From an uncultured virus (IMG/VR IMGVR_UViG_3300016467_000405) (Duplodnaviria; Heunggongvirae; Uroviricota; Caudoviricetes), in IMG/VR virus record IMGVR_UViG_3300016467_000405: a stretch of DNA of 64,000 nucleotides. One strand, 5' to 3'. The position numbers and the translations under genes are program-made. This document shows, one piece after another, positions 11,301 through 19,789 of this stretch. A model generated the notes under the pieces. It ran no database searches. It was given only the letters and a program-made list of their open reading frames with translations, and had not been told where the DNA came from. Position 1 is the stretch's first letter; each line of letters begins with the position of its first letter.

Positions 11301-12009
11301 CTTCCCTAGGTACCCCAACAGGGGCGTGCAATACCTGCCCGTTTGATAATGGGATGTCATAAGTTTCGCCTTGAGGTCTTTGCGGAGCCAACTCGCCCCC
11401 ATGCTGAGCAAGACTTTCGGCATACCGATTTACAAACTTACTAGCGTGGCTACGCTGCTCGATGCCTCCCGGTAAAGAAGTCCAGATAGAAGATAGCGCA
11501 GAAGAAATACGACCCGTGTGCTGAGGATCGCCTGAACGAAGGTCACCTAAAAGATCACGCCCCGTTTTACGGGCGTATGTAGAAGAGGCAAGATCCCACG
11601 CTGCAAGATCCTGACTTTCGGGAGAGAAATCATTCAGACCAAGTTTGGCCGCCTGCGAATCCCAAGTAGACTTCAAAAACTGATAACGACCCGCAGCGGA
11701 AGACTTTTTCCCTGCATTGGGGCCGGACTTGATGTCCATATAGATGCCCGGATGCTGAGACATGTTCTCAAACTTCCGACCCCCGTACATGGTGTTGTAA
11801 TCGGGGGCTTCATCAGAAGCAATGACATCTAAAAGCGCACGCGCTTCCGGGGGTAGGTCACGATTGACCGCATGGGACACAGGACCTCGATGGCCCCGCG
11901 ATTTAGGTTCGTATGGTTCAGGTAAATAGGCCCCGAGATCTACCTCGGGAGCCGCAATGGCAGGAAGTTCAGAATAAGGATCGAGAGGGTTGAATTCTTC
12001 CTGCGCCAT
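5383..12009 (-). CDS. Large polyvalent internal virion (ejection) protein: lambda-R-like lysozyme/transglycosylase, two ART-like modules, zincin-like HExxxH domain, LPD38-like C-terminus
   Basis: ALLDVIASDE..YN..YGG, SAAGRYQF, FSPESQD.AA, WTSLPG (lysozyme); TLYHHTS..VYLTT; GRPLRVFHS..GFHLG..YVNLKNP..GYDGIVY..QIKSAIGN.G.FD; HEVAVH..HEE. Last gene of the virion block. Confidence 0.75.
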   Translation of the reverse strand: MAQEEFNPLDPYSELPAIAAPEVDLGAYLPEPYEPKSRGHRGPVSHAVNRDLPPEARALLDVIASDEAPDYNTMYGGRKFENMSQHPGIYMDIKSGPNAGKKSSAAGRYQFLKSTWDSQAAKLGLNDFSPESQDLAAWDLASSTYARKTGRDLLGDLRSGDPQHTGRISSALSSIWTSLPGGIEQRSHASKFVNRYAESLAQHGGELAPQRPQGETYDIPLSNGQVLHAPVGVPREEAIANIRASGLDVEGLTPHKLTTGQTLHIPDSVNIADALANLQKQFPDQEWMTEEHAAKTGFIPAAGAAFKGVGAQFERGAGELLKSPELIAKGKAWQEELAKEVEAPLPTDPLSKKLAYYGGTALGGLAPLGAAAAAAPFLPEAAIVGGLGAATLPIATGSLAQRYDEQGKPFDPYELQNIGAVGTEAVLQTLPFTKFAPVAGQVGKSLAKGAAGAAAADVPSVAIERAAAGQPLADEQALEEYAGTLAADVLAGGTLGAVGGMRGRGVRTPEVPPVQEGAAPRPIEPAPEGGEALAPTEGPVESVEDLEAQARAGEDFFRQAEAAGVPPETIAPEMVAPEAELPEPTVRGREQAMPTVEEAALGEAPAEPVAEPHFAESILGLKPTKAKTSLYNKLQGLDINNVEDHPRIEELVAGSKILSGDKLDALSARMKEVEDAQQIPQAGAPDGRSGAQPGFREEGRDQAIGGEGVEPSGQGIKAPEVKFAKAEEVATDETTGLPLNEDGTVTLYHHTSANKAAQIRQTNRLKSAAEPDVYLTTRKEADTGYGDTAVPVRVDPRTLQIDDEFPDGRIDYRINTGKPGGAISVKVETPETRKFAKAEEPTHIDVDGVQRPVHDSTGQRIHTTDEGVKNFWKGFEGTKVTDEKGRPLRVFHSGAFDENENAIPNIGNNGFHLGTKRAAEERILGKAVEDEVAAQDVFEEGGRYFVDEDTFPEAPINGFKSEASARLYMAGEINNWDLDAPDDVPLTQAYVNLKNPKRVEDQAHDWSKVIADAKAEGYDGIVYRNNYEDKGKDSYIAFYPEQIKSAIGNVGKFDTTKPDIREARGVAPEAAHSVETLNDHIVKTYGKNAPQVEVLTREQAGVEPNVKGFYDPSTKKVALIADNIGKDEDIHGLMRHEVAVHAKRLGKTDPEFQSILDRLQKLKEQGDATVAKAYDRVPRDTTPENIHEEALAYLTQHAPQLPVVKQFTSWLRRTAHKLTGSSNWLKADDFAPMADAILKKGEPAAAPKERMYSIGDTADEAVRNTNTETWFERFYTPIRTQYASVRAPLEAILGKLPLYDENNEIRATAKIAQQTRYAHLVSEALHNGYLKRNAQGLVEAVFDPRLSPDRLIKRVMELPEDLRDRFSESMVTLAQAGHNLRGAEMKAVMDEAQRKIKLGQAYLDRTKSNYDKTKATLDTLKSLSSKMKDNPRVQREIEKAQREFDAAKAEYRNPNYTAGKDYIALQQRLYKAVKDQYGKAQRDESGRIYDISPAQERAAREFLESTPETKQLASDIRELLTNNAKLLRDTSVISNATYKKFTEAKYNYAPLYMSIEDLDAAMPASAVYLQGGQRKVMPVKGLKGGQHQVRFFENLLTHQARTGAMALHNNARLSTLESLAEMGRAKELPGTTPPPKTLDVVVAIKDGKRRYYHVPDRPLYEAFEMVHNLPVPDWITDTTKFASRAMLVNPKYWWNQLVREPFMATFTSRAGIITPFHTGKEFASLLFSELPNVDTSAAQLYRELKAQGVSGSHEYLRDLIKEKGKLEASKGLAKSYKDSRDLVMRIHEYADAAAKVAVMRKALARAESGELTGTPLRGDAARDAAITHVGEMINFANRGRNATVQYITQATPFFNSWAQGMDAIIRHATGYGMDPHAKGKTIAGLRTTFIGHAAAMMAFSAAITAIRCELSEDYRNADPDEWSANWLIPIPDSFETKKGRMVKAKGPFELNTLFKLGPEMWVRNWYGLDRDKDYTATLKSSIWRDLAPPGLDHLFLPYLPMLLLESITGYRASEGEIKPLADTSLAPAERGKGVSPIADVVSAGVLSPASVKHLGQGMFGGMYDMLDSTAKGAAAVFGSDTARADLRDLTEKVPVISGMLTNPDRIELSAAYEFADKQAMVRHTAKVLSKRGDKEAAAEYKEEGRYAKQAERIKRKISKTNTAIERLKNTKEYEDADKIQRDYEAMLERKRKQVEKLEALRTKSEEKD

Positions 12010-12017
12010 GATATGCC

Positions 12018-13307
12018 TTACTTATTGGGAGAGCCTGACAAATAATACCCCGGAACACCAGCGGGCTGCCAACTAGAGAACCCCGATTGCCCTGCGGGTG
12101 CCTGAGAAGCCCCCGTAGAAGCCCCCATTCTAGTTGGGTCAGCACCGAAATACTCTACAGCTAAAGCTTTCTTTTTAGCCGCCCTTTCTTTAGGGTCATC
12201 AGTATTGTCGTACTCCAAATCGTTATCAGCTTGCACCAATGCTTGATTCCAAGTCATCCCTCTAGGCCCTGTAATATTCCCTTTAGCTGCTGCATCAGCC
12301 CTTATTTGTGCAGACTCTGTTGTAGCCTCTGCACCTATCCGACGCCCAAGAATATCGTATTCACCCGCGAGTTTCTTTTCCGCCAATCCAGTACCGCGTA
12401 GGTATGCGAGTCTAGCCATCTCCAACTGCGCTTCGCGTTCCGCTTTCGTTCCGGCGGTTTCAGAAGCGAGGATCTGGTCCATGATCGCTTTACTTTGTTC
12501 ATACGGTGCCATAAGAGATTTGGCGCGAAGCACATCCATCGTAGCTTGTTCTTTATCCTCAGCACGCTGATGCTCGCCCATAGTGCCTAACATAGACGCA
12601 AGACCTGCACCTGCCCGATGTTGGCCCGAACCGTAACTACCAAAATATCCAGCCAGACCTGATGCGATGTTCTCAAACATATTGAACTTGGATCTACGTG
12701 CGTTCTCATGCTCGTGCTGAGACATGATCTCAGCGGCCACATCAGGCGGTACACCATAGAGCTGCTGCATCATATTAAGCTTTTGTTCGTACGTATGTTT
12801 AACCGGAGCTCCTTTGGAGGTAGCTGATGTCACCTCAGGTGCAGAGAAATAGTCCTGCTCATATGCGGATGTATCGGGGGCGTCAGGAACATCAGGCATA
12901 CCCGCACCCCATTCACCTAGATCAGTCAGGCCACCTTCATCGAACTCCCGTACCGGACCGCCATGGGCTAGAGCGACAATACCTCCGGTAGCCATCTGCT
13001 GCGCATTCTGTTGAGCAACACCTTCAAGACCCGGCAGAGCCAGACCCATCATATTGGGGTCCATCGGTGGCTGAGCCTGCGCAACGACCTGATCAACAAC
13101 CTGACCCTGCGGAGGAGGCGGAGTAGGCTGCGCCTTGTTATAAGAGTTAAGGATCGCTGTAGCAATCCCACCCTCAACACTTCCGGTCTGCTTACCTTGT
13201 TGCGCCAGTTGCCCAAGACGCTGCTTGCCCTGCTGATTGTTAGGGATCATCTTGAGTGCATCATAGATTTCCTGCGGGCTAGGAGCCCCTACATTCGGAT
13301 ACTGCAT
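12018..13307 (-). CDS. Putative internal virion/ejection protein
   Basis: AGGAG RBS before ATG at 13307 (MQYPNV). Ala/Gln-rich and helical; lies between other internal proteins. Confidence 0.55.
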   Translation of the reverse strand: MQYPNVGAPSPQEIYDALKMIPNNQQGKQRLGQLAQQGKQTGSVEGGIATAILNSYNKAQPTPPPPQGQVVDQVVAQAQPPMDPNMMGLALPGLEGVAQQNAQQMATGGIVALAHGGPVREFDEGGLTDLGEWGAGMPDVPDAPDTSAYEQDYFSAPEVTSATSKGAPVKHTYEQKLNMMQQLYGVPPDVAAEIMSQHEHENARRSKFNMFENIASGLAGYFGSYGSGQHRAGAGLASMLGTMGEHQRAEDKEQATMDVLRAKSLMAPYEQSKAIMDQILASETAGTKAEREAQLEMARLAYLRGTGLAEKKLAGEYDILGRRIGAEATTESAQIRADAAAKGNITGPRGMTWNQALVQADNDLEYDNTDDPKERAAKKKALAVEYFGADPTRMGASTGASQAPAGQSGFSSWQPAGVPGYYLSGSPNK

Positions 13308-13317
13308 CGTGATCTCC

Positions 13318-16299
13318 TTAACCGCCTGCTTTCTGCGTACCCGCAGCGACACCTGACTGCCCACCGCCCATACCGCCAAGAATACCTACACCCTGACTAG
13401 CCAAAGTCGTAGGACCACCCCAAACGGCACCGGCATTCGCCTGCTGCTGATTGTAAGCCGCCTGACCAAGCCCTTGCAAAGTGCCACCTGCTTGACCCCA
13501 GAGATTAGCTAGATTGGCGTTATAGTTACCAACCTGTGTACCCAGAGACCCTAACCCTTGCGCTGCTCCTGCAGCTTGCCCATAAGCGCCTATGGCCTGT
13601 TGATTAGCCTGTAACCCCGCCTGCTGATTAGTTTGCCCTGCGGTAAGCGCCGCTGCTTGATTGGCCTGTTGAGCCGCAAGGTCCTGAGTCGCAAACTGTT
13701 GATTTGCTTGGTTCTGAGCCTGAGCGTTGTACATGTTTGCCGCTTGTTGGTTCTGCGTATTAAGCTGACCTACACCAAAGTCCATCTGCTGATTAGCAAG
13801 ATTAGCCTGCAAGCTCTGTGCGGCAAAGTTGTTATTCGCCGTGTTCTGTGCCTGTGCATTGAACTGTGCCGCAGCGTTCTGAGCGATCTGGTTCTGTTGA
13901 GCCGCGGTGAGCTGACCACTATAAGACTGCATTGCTGCCTGAAGGGCGTTGTTTACATAGTTCTGGCGCTGCTGGTTAATCGCTGCTTGGTTTGCTGCAT
14001 TCGCCTGCTGAGAAAACTGCGCGTTCGCCTGATTTGTCGTGAGGTCCGCAGCTTGGTTGGACTGCTGCGAAGTAAGATTCATCTGGGCGTTTGCTTGGCT
14101 GATCTGTGTCTGGTTCTGCGCGTTGAACTGTTTGGTTGCATTGTCCGCAATCATGTTTTGCTGAGCCGCAGTAAGCTTACCACCGTAGCTTGTCATCGCC
14201 GCCTGTAGGGCGTTATTGACCGCCGTCTGCCTTTGCTGATTGATCGCGTTCAAGTTGGCTAGAGCGGTCTGTTGCGCTGCGGAGAGATTAACCTGACCTG
14301 TAGTGAGACCCGCTTGTTGATTAGCCAGAGTTGCCTGTTGCGCAGATTGAGCCCCAAACTGAGCTGCCTGATTACGCGCCGCTTGGTCAGCTTGCGCTTC
14401 CGTTAACCCCATGCTCATATATTGGGATTTAAGCTGATTGACCATCTGAGCGTTGGCCTGCTGCATGGCGAGCTGATTCGATACGTTCTGCGTCTGCGCC
14501 GACTGGCCCTGCGCTGCTGTGAACTGCTGCGCCTGATTGATTGCGGCCTGATTAGCCTGTGCTTCGCTCAGACCCATCTGCATGTACTGGGACTTGAGAG
14601 CGTTGATGGCCTGCGTATTGGACATACCAACTTGAGAACCCAGACCCTGTTCAGCTTGAAACTGGCCCATACCCTGCTGATATGCCTGTGAGAGACCTTT
14701 GTTCTGGATATCGGCTAGCAGGTAGCCTTGATTTCGTAGCGCTTCGGATTCTTCTAGACCTTGGCGAGAACCACCATAGGCTTTTGACTTCGCCGCTTGA
14801 CCACGTAAAGCACTCAGATTTTTCTGGAAGTTACGATTGGCCTCTCGTACATCTTGGTTGATTACGCTCTGCGCATAAGGATCCATATACTGACTAGCAA
14901 CACCGAGGTCAGTCCAAGACTTAGGTGCGGCTGTTGTAGCAGCGCGTTCACGCCGCGTGGGCGCCATAGTTGCCGCTTGATATCCCTGCCCAGTTATCGC
15001 GCCAATATCACCTATCTGCTGTGCAGCTTCTCTTTGAGTCTTGGCAATGTCTGCGGCTGAATAGGTCTGACCTGTAACATCGCGTACTGGACGCATCTGG
15101 GCTGCTCGCGCCTGTGCCGCTGTATAATCTCCCGCTATAACATCAGAGGGAGCTGCCATCTGAGAAGCGCCATACGTATAGGCTTGCGCCGTAGGCGCAT
15201 TGACATCACGAGCTCGCGCCATTTCCGCGGCGTTCATCTGAGCCGCTTGATAATCTTTAACTTGCGCTTCTTTAGGCGCAGTCATCAGCGCCGCGTTGTA
15301 TTTTTCTACATCCGCACGGAGAGCAGCAACATCACGAACGTCACCACGGGCCATAGCGGCGGCAATAGCATCTTCCGTTTCGGCTTTCTTAGCGGATATT
15401 TGTTCAGCGGTGACTTGCTGCGGGGTGTAACCCGCGCTACTTGTAAAACCTCTAATAGCATCTTGGTATGCTTGCGTCGCCTGCCCAAATTGCGCAGGTT
15501 GGGTGTTCATACCCTGCAGGACGTTAACGGCTTGATTGTAATAGGGGTTAGTAACTGAAAATACGTCCTGTTTTGTAACAGGGTCTTGGGTAATTTTTGT
15601 CCCAAAAAGCCCAGCCTTACCAAGATATGCATCGGCGGCGGTGAGCCCTTGTCTCTCGGCTTCAGCCTGAATAGCCGTTTTTTCCTGCCCCGCAGGGCTC
15701 ACTTTATACGCCCCAGCCGCTGTAGAAACAGCTTTAGCTACCGTAGGGTTTTTAGGGACGCCTGTACCCGTATCCGAATAGGGAGAAACATTGAGCCCCG
15801 TATTACTTTCAATTTTGTTAAGCTGAGCTATCTGCGCTTCGGTCGGCGTACCACCCGCGGCAATGATGTTATTGATGTTCATCACAGCTTTACGTTGTTG
15901 GGCAGTAAGCGTTTTTGGCGCGCCTCCCGCGGCGTATCTACGTCGAGGATCAGGCTGAGCCTCATCATCCAAACTCATAATTCCGCCGTGAGCGGCGGTC
16001 TTCGCAGGCTGCTGCGCAGTCTGAACTTGCGGCATCTGAATCTGTGGACCTTGTGTGTGATAAGCGATAGTCCGTTGAATATCTTCGGATGACGCGTCAG
16101 TAGGGAGCCCGAAAAACTTGCGCGTCTGTACAGGATCTCCTTTTTGGAAACCCATCAGCATATCCTGCTGGTTCTTGATATTGGCAAGAGCAGGTTTAAG
16201 AACAGGCAGCGCCAGTTTGGTAGCCTGAGGTGAACCCCAGATGCCCGTGGCAAGCTGTTGATATTGTGCTGTACTTGAAGGAACTGATGAGCCGCCCAT
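13318..16299 (-). CDS. Gln/Asn/Ala-rich putative DNA ejection/pilot protein
   Basis: 993 aa starting MGGSS. QYMDPY..VI and AYGGSRQGL.E motifs. Long ANQQA/NAQ coiled-coil repeats. Confidence 0.6.
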   Translation of the reverse strand: MGGSSVPSSTAQYQQLATGIWGSPQATKLALPVLKPALANIKNQQDMLMGFQKGDPVQTRKFFGLPTDASSEDIQRTIAYHTQGPQIQMPQVQTAQQPAKTAAHGGIMSLDDEAQPDPRRRYAAGGAPKTLTAQQRKAVMNINNIIAAGGTPTEAQIAQLNKIESNTGLNVSPYSDTGTGVPKNPTVAKAVSTAAGAYKVSPAGQEKTAIQAEAERQGLTAADAYLGKAGLFGTKITQDPVTKQDVFSVTNPYYNQAVNVLQGMNTQPAQFGQATQAYQDAIRGFTSSAGYTPQQVTAEQISAKKAETEDAIAAAMARGDVRDVAALRADVEKYNAALMTAPKEAQVKDYQAAQMNAAEMARARDVNAPTAQAYTYGASQMAAPSDVIAGDYTAAQARAAQMRPVRDVTGQTYSAADIAKTQREAAQQIGDIGAITGQGYQAATMAPTRRERAATTAAPKSWTDLGVASQYMDPYAQSVINQDVREANRNFQKNLSALRGQAAKSKAYGGSRQGLEESEALRNQGYLLADIQNKGLSQAYQQGMGQFQAEQGLGSQVGMSNTQAINALKSQYMQMGLSEAQANQAAINQAQQFTAAQGQSAQTQNVSNQLAMQQANAQMVNQLKSQYMSMGLTEAQADQAARNQAAQFGAQSAQQATLANQQAGLTTGQVNLSAAQQTALANLNAINQQRQTAVNNALQAAMTSYGGKLTAAQQNMIADNATKQFNAQNQTQISQANAQMNLTSQQSNQAADLTTNQANAQFSQQANAANQAAINQQRQNYVNNALQAAMQSYSGQLTAAQQNQIAQNAAAQFNAQAQNTANNNFAAQSLQANLANQQMDFGVGQLNTQNQQAANMYNAQAQNQANQQFATQDLAAQQANQAAALTAGQTNQQAGLQANQQAIGAYGQAAGAAQGLGSLGTQVGNYNANLANLWGQAGGTLQGLGQAAYNQQQANAGAVWGGPTTLASQGVGILGGMGGGQSGVAAGTQKAGG

Positions 16300-16310
16300 A
16301 GCGATACCTC

Positions 16311-16718
16311 TTAAAGCGATGCGCTAATTATACTGTACTTCTTCTCTAACCCGTATTTTTGCCAAAGTCTGAGAATACTGTCTCTTGCTCCAGCTTCCAC
16401 ACAGGTGGCGCCGTTCGCGCGAAGAATGTCGAAGAATTGGTTACCTGTCTCGTGACAGGTCACGAGGCGCCCGCCGAGGGCAATAATGAACGCGACCCTA
16501 TCTCTAGGACGATTGAAATACTGTATGGCCGCTGCTCCTTTGAACTTACCCGGTTCATCGAAAGCTACGACCAATGACCACGCACCCGTGGTCAAAAAAA
16601 CCCGTGCCTCATCCAATGTGTAGTCACCGCATGAGTAGTCGAGCGCGGAGCTAATGTAGTCTTCTACCAGCGGTAAAACTTGATTGACTAACTGGACGGG
16701 TACTTCCTGAATATTCAT
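16311..16718 (-). CDS. GNAT-like (T7 gp13-like position) protein
   Basis: 135 aa alpha/beta pattern ending GAR.SILRLWQKYG. Sits between internal virion genes. Fold is inferred. Confidence 0.5.
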   Translation of the reverse strand: MNIQEVPVQLVNQVLPLVEDYISSALDYSCGDYTLDEARVFLTTGAWSLVVAFDEPGKFKGAAAIQYFNRPRDRVAFIIALGGRLVTCHETGNQFFDILRANGATCVEAGARDSILRLWQKYGLEKKYSIISASL

Positions 16719-17650
16719 GTCGCATGCCGCGCCTTGGCACGCTGCTTAGCCAAACTACCCGCTTTGGGGGGAGGCCCTGCATGAAGACTATTGCATAGAT
16801 GCGTAAGATATTTAGCTCCGGCTTTCGTTGAGCCATTACCTAGCGCACTGACTACATCCGCAGGTACTACGTAGTCCCCGTTTCTAAGTCGTACAGATCC
16901 ACCCCGCGCCGCGCGGATGGTAGCTACACCGCCTTCGGCTTTACCGGGAAGCCATGATCCTCCGGACTGTTGATAAGTGTCCTGCGCCCATTGAGTGCCT
17001 TGTGCTTCTTTCGCTTGCTGCTCTTCACCTGCATCACCTGTAAACGTGGTGCCTCCCATGACGCCTTTGGCCATATCCAGAACTGCGCCGGGAGCCGCAC
17101 CTTTAAGTGCGGGCATAGCTTTGTCGATCATGGAGGTCAGTCCTGACTCCGCAGTAGAAGTAACAGGTGCTGAGGATGCCGGAGCCGCTCCGCCTAAACC
17201 AATCGTCGGAGCATTAGTCGCCGCTCCCATACCTTGACTTGTAATTGCTGTAGGACTTTGGCTTAACGCCGCCTGCACGGTAGGATTTACCACAGCACTT
17301 CCGCCGCCACCGCCTACGACACCTCCAGTCGTACCACCAACACTACCTGTTGCTCCACCCGCGGCTGGCGCTGCAGCAGTACCTAAATTACCTAGAGCGG
17401 CACCCATACCTCCACCACCTGTACCACCCGCGGCTCCACCCGCGGCTCCACCAGCCGCGCCACCTGCACCCCCAGCAGCTCCGCCAGCACTACCTAAAGC
17501 GCCAAGCCCTGCGCCAATACCACCACCTACGGCACCTGTACCCGCACCAATCAGCATACCTTTCCAAATTGGCTGATGGTTAATCGCAGACATGATACCG
17601 CCGCTAGCCGCACCAATACCCATACCAACAGCGACAGTAATAAAACTCAT
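16715..17650 (-). CDS. Gly-rich internal virion protein with hydrophobic N-terminus
   Basis: MSFITVAVG..., GGAA repeats, C-terminal RLRNGDYVVPADVVSALGNGS domain. Confidence 0.55.
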   Translation of the reverse strand: MSFITVAVGMGIGAASGGIMSAINHQPIWKGMLIGAGTGAVGGGIGAGLGALGSAGGAAGGAGGAAGGAAGGAAGGTGGGGMGAALGNLGTAAAPAAGGATGSVGGTTGGVVGGGGGSAVVNPTVQAALSQSPTAITSQGMGAATNAPTIGLGGAAPASSAPVTSTAESGLTSMIDKAMPALKGAAPGAVLDMAKGVMGGTTFTGDAGEEQQAKEAQGTQWAQDTYQQSGGSWLPGKAEGGVATIRAARGGSVRLRNGDYVVPADVVSALGNGSTKAGAKYLTHLCNSLHAGPPPKAGSLAKQRAKARHAT

Positions 17651-18078
17651 TGTGGTGCCTCCAACAGGCGGTTGTACTCTTCCATCGAATCACACACGAG
17701 GGCTTTTTCTACCCTATCGATGTCCTGCTCTTTGCAGGCGTGAACTGTAAGCCATTCTACTTCTTCATGGACGTAGATGAAACGATGCGTACCCTTAGGG
17801 GTAATGAAAACATCAGGTGCCCTGACATCCCTTTTATCGCCATGCTCATCCATGATTGTAATATGCCCACGAAGACAAACGGCTACATGATCAGATTTAT
17901 GAACCTTGGTAGTGAACACTGTGCCAGTAGGCACGACAATACGACGCCCGTACAGATCAGGTGTATGGTAATGAATAGGCTCGGGATTAATACGCTCAAG
18001 ATGGTGCTCATCAATATACGCCTCCATGGAGGCTGTGATCTCATCAATTGAAGGAACCTCTTTAGCTACGACATTCAT
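17647..18078 (-). CDS. Cupin-like (double-stranded beta helix) protein
   Basis: YGRRIVVPTG..TKVHKSDH...GHI...APDVFITPKGTHR...WLTVH; His-rich beta pattern. Confidence 0.65.
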   Translation of the reverse strand: MNVVAKEVPSIDEITASMEAYIDEHHLERINPEPIHYHTPDLYGRRIVVPTGTVFTTKVHKSDHVAVCLRGHITIMDEHGDKRDVRAPDVFITPKGTHRFIYVHEEVEWLTVHACKEQDIDRVEKALVCDSMEEYNRLLEAPQ

Positions 18079-19472
18079 GCGATACCTAATTCTCTTTTAG
18101 CAGCCTCAAGGCCTGCATCTTCGTTGATCTGTTCTTCACGCCCATAAGCAGCTCTCCGAACGCTTTTAAGAAGGTCATCCAGACGATCTACACCGATCAT
18201 ATCCACGATGTGCTTGGGCACAATAAATTCACCGTCCGCTACGCGGATAGGCTCCTGCCCTTCAATGTTGGCATCAATGTCATCAGACATGCCGTCCCCT
18301 TCGCCGTCTAAGAGACCGCCTTCAGCGAAACTCGCGCCTTCGTGCAACGTATCAATCACACTAGTAGGAGCCGCTCCTGCATAAGGTTTGGCACTGTTGA
18401 CCTGTGACTGGGGGTAAAAATGCTGAGGTTCAAAAGGCTGCGTGTTGACGTAACCGCCATTAGCGTAACTTCCTAGTCCCTGCATATACGCAGGCATACC
18501 CCCCGCACTTTTGACCTTGTCTACAAGATGCTCAGGAATCCGTACTTGTACCGGAACTCCGTTATTACTCTGCATAATCACAGGACCGCCGCCTGCATAT
18601 CCATAAGTCGAACGAGCCAAATTAGTTGCCTGCAGATCCGTCAGGAACATCCGCTTGCGCATCTCTTCTTCAGCCTGTTGCGCGGAGTCTTTAGACTCCT
18701 GCTCTGAAGTCACAGCGTTACCAATCATCCCTGCTTGAAACAGATATGGAATGTAATCTTCGTACTGCTTAAACCCTTCCTTAGTGAAGGCAGTTTGGGC
18801 AGCGGTGCCTAAATTATCGAAGAATCCGGGTTTTTCCCCGGCGCTAGTGCCGCCAACTGTATAGGACGTACCCAATTCAGGCTTAAATCCTGCCCCTGCG
18901 CTCACAGGCATATCGGTGGCTTTTGGTTCATATTGCCCAAGAATCTCAGGCTTATAAAGATTCGGCTGCGTCGTTGATGTTTTGTACAGCGGGTCCGCGG
19001 TGCTCTTAACCGCGTCTTGATTAGCCTGTTTAGCCATGGCGTCAGTTCCTGTCGGAGCTGGGAATACATCTTCTGCCGCATAAGCGCCAAGACCACCAGA
19101 CATACCACCTTGGAGCGCGCCACCCATAGCGCCTGCCTTACCTCCCGTGGCTCCACCAATTGCTGCGCCAAATCCTGCACCTGCCAAAGCGGGAACCGCC
19201 TTCTTGAGGATATCGCCCATCAAGCCTTCGCCAACAGCATCACCCACAATCGGCGCCAGTGCTTCGCCAATACCAAAACTACCGATACCTCCAATCGCAC
19301 TACCGATCAGGTTACTCCAACCATAAGCTTCAGGAAGCCCAGTCTTCGGATTTGTCGTAGTAGGTCCAAGAATCTTGCTCAATGCAGCAACTTCAGTAGG
19401 GTTCACATGCATTAGCATGGAATCGCCATTGCGCCCAAGAGCAGCCAATCCTTTAGCGGTGTTCTGATACAT
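18075..19472 (-). CDS. Internal virion protein
   Basis: N-terminal GRNGDSMLMHVNP.E...NPKTGLPE; Gly-rich hydrophobic segment; C-terminal FAEGG..GDGMSDDI..RVADGEFIVP. Confidence 0.55.
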   Translation of the reverse strand: MYQNTAKGLAALGRNGDSMLMHVNPTEVAALSKILGPTTTNPKTGLPEAYGWSNLIGSAIGGIGSFGIGEALAPIVGDAVGEGLMGDILKKAVPALAGAGFGAAIGGATGGKAGAMGGALQGGMSGGLGAYAAEDVFPAPTGTDAMAKQANQDAVKSTADPLYKTSTTQPNLYKPEILGQYEPKATDMPVSAGAGFKPELGTSYTVGGTSAGEKPGFFDNLGTAAQTAFTKEGFKQYEDYIPYLFQAGMIGNAVTSEQESKDSAQQAEEEMRKRMFLTDLQATNLARSTYGYAGGGPVIMQSNNGVPVQVRIPEHLVDKVKSAGGMPAYMQGLGSYANGGYVNTQPFEPQHFYPQSQVNSAKPYAGAAPTSVIDTLHEGASFAEGGLLDGEGDGMSDDIDANIEGQEPIRVADGEFIVPKHIVDMIGVDRLDDLLKSVRRAAYGREEQINEDAGLEAAKRELGIA

Positions 19473-19480
19473 ATCTGCTC

Positions 19481-19789
19481 CTACGGAATAATCTTAAGGG
19501 TGCCCGAGTCGTTCCAAACTTGACCAGAAACAAGTCCAGTAGAAGAGGTAGGCAAATTCTTCATAATCCAGATCAGTGTTTCACGTTCTTCGTTAGGCTG
19601 CAGAGTGAATCGCGTGTCTTTGTCACGATCCTCAATAGTCAAGGCGTTGCCTAAGACTAACCCCGGATTGTTAACCTGTTGAATAAAAAAATTCAGAATA
19701 CGAACTATGTTATTCATATACTGCACGTCATATTCTAACGGCGGAAGCGGTAGAACAGCGGATAACGGTGTACCGGTCTTATTTGCCAT
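19481..19789 (-). CDS. Small tail-associated protein
   Basis: LPLPPLEYD...; C-terminal LPTSSTGLVSGQVWNDSGTLKI; directly after the nozzle gene. Confidence 0.5.
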   Translation of the reverse strand: MANKTGTPLSAVLPLPPLEYDVQYMNNIVRILNFFIQQVNNPGLVLGNALTIEDRDKDTRFTLQPNEERETLIWIMKNLPTSSTGLVSGQVWNDSGTLKIIP

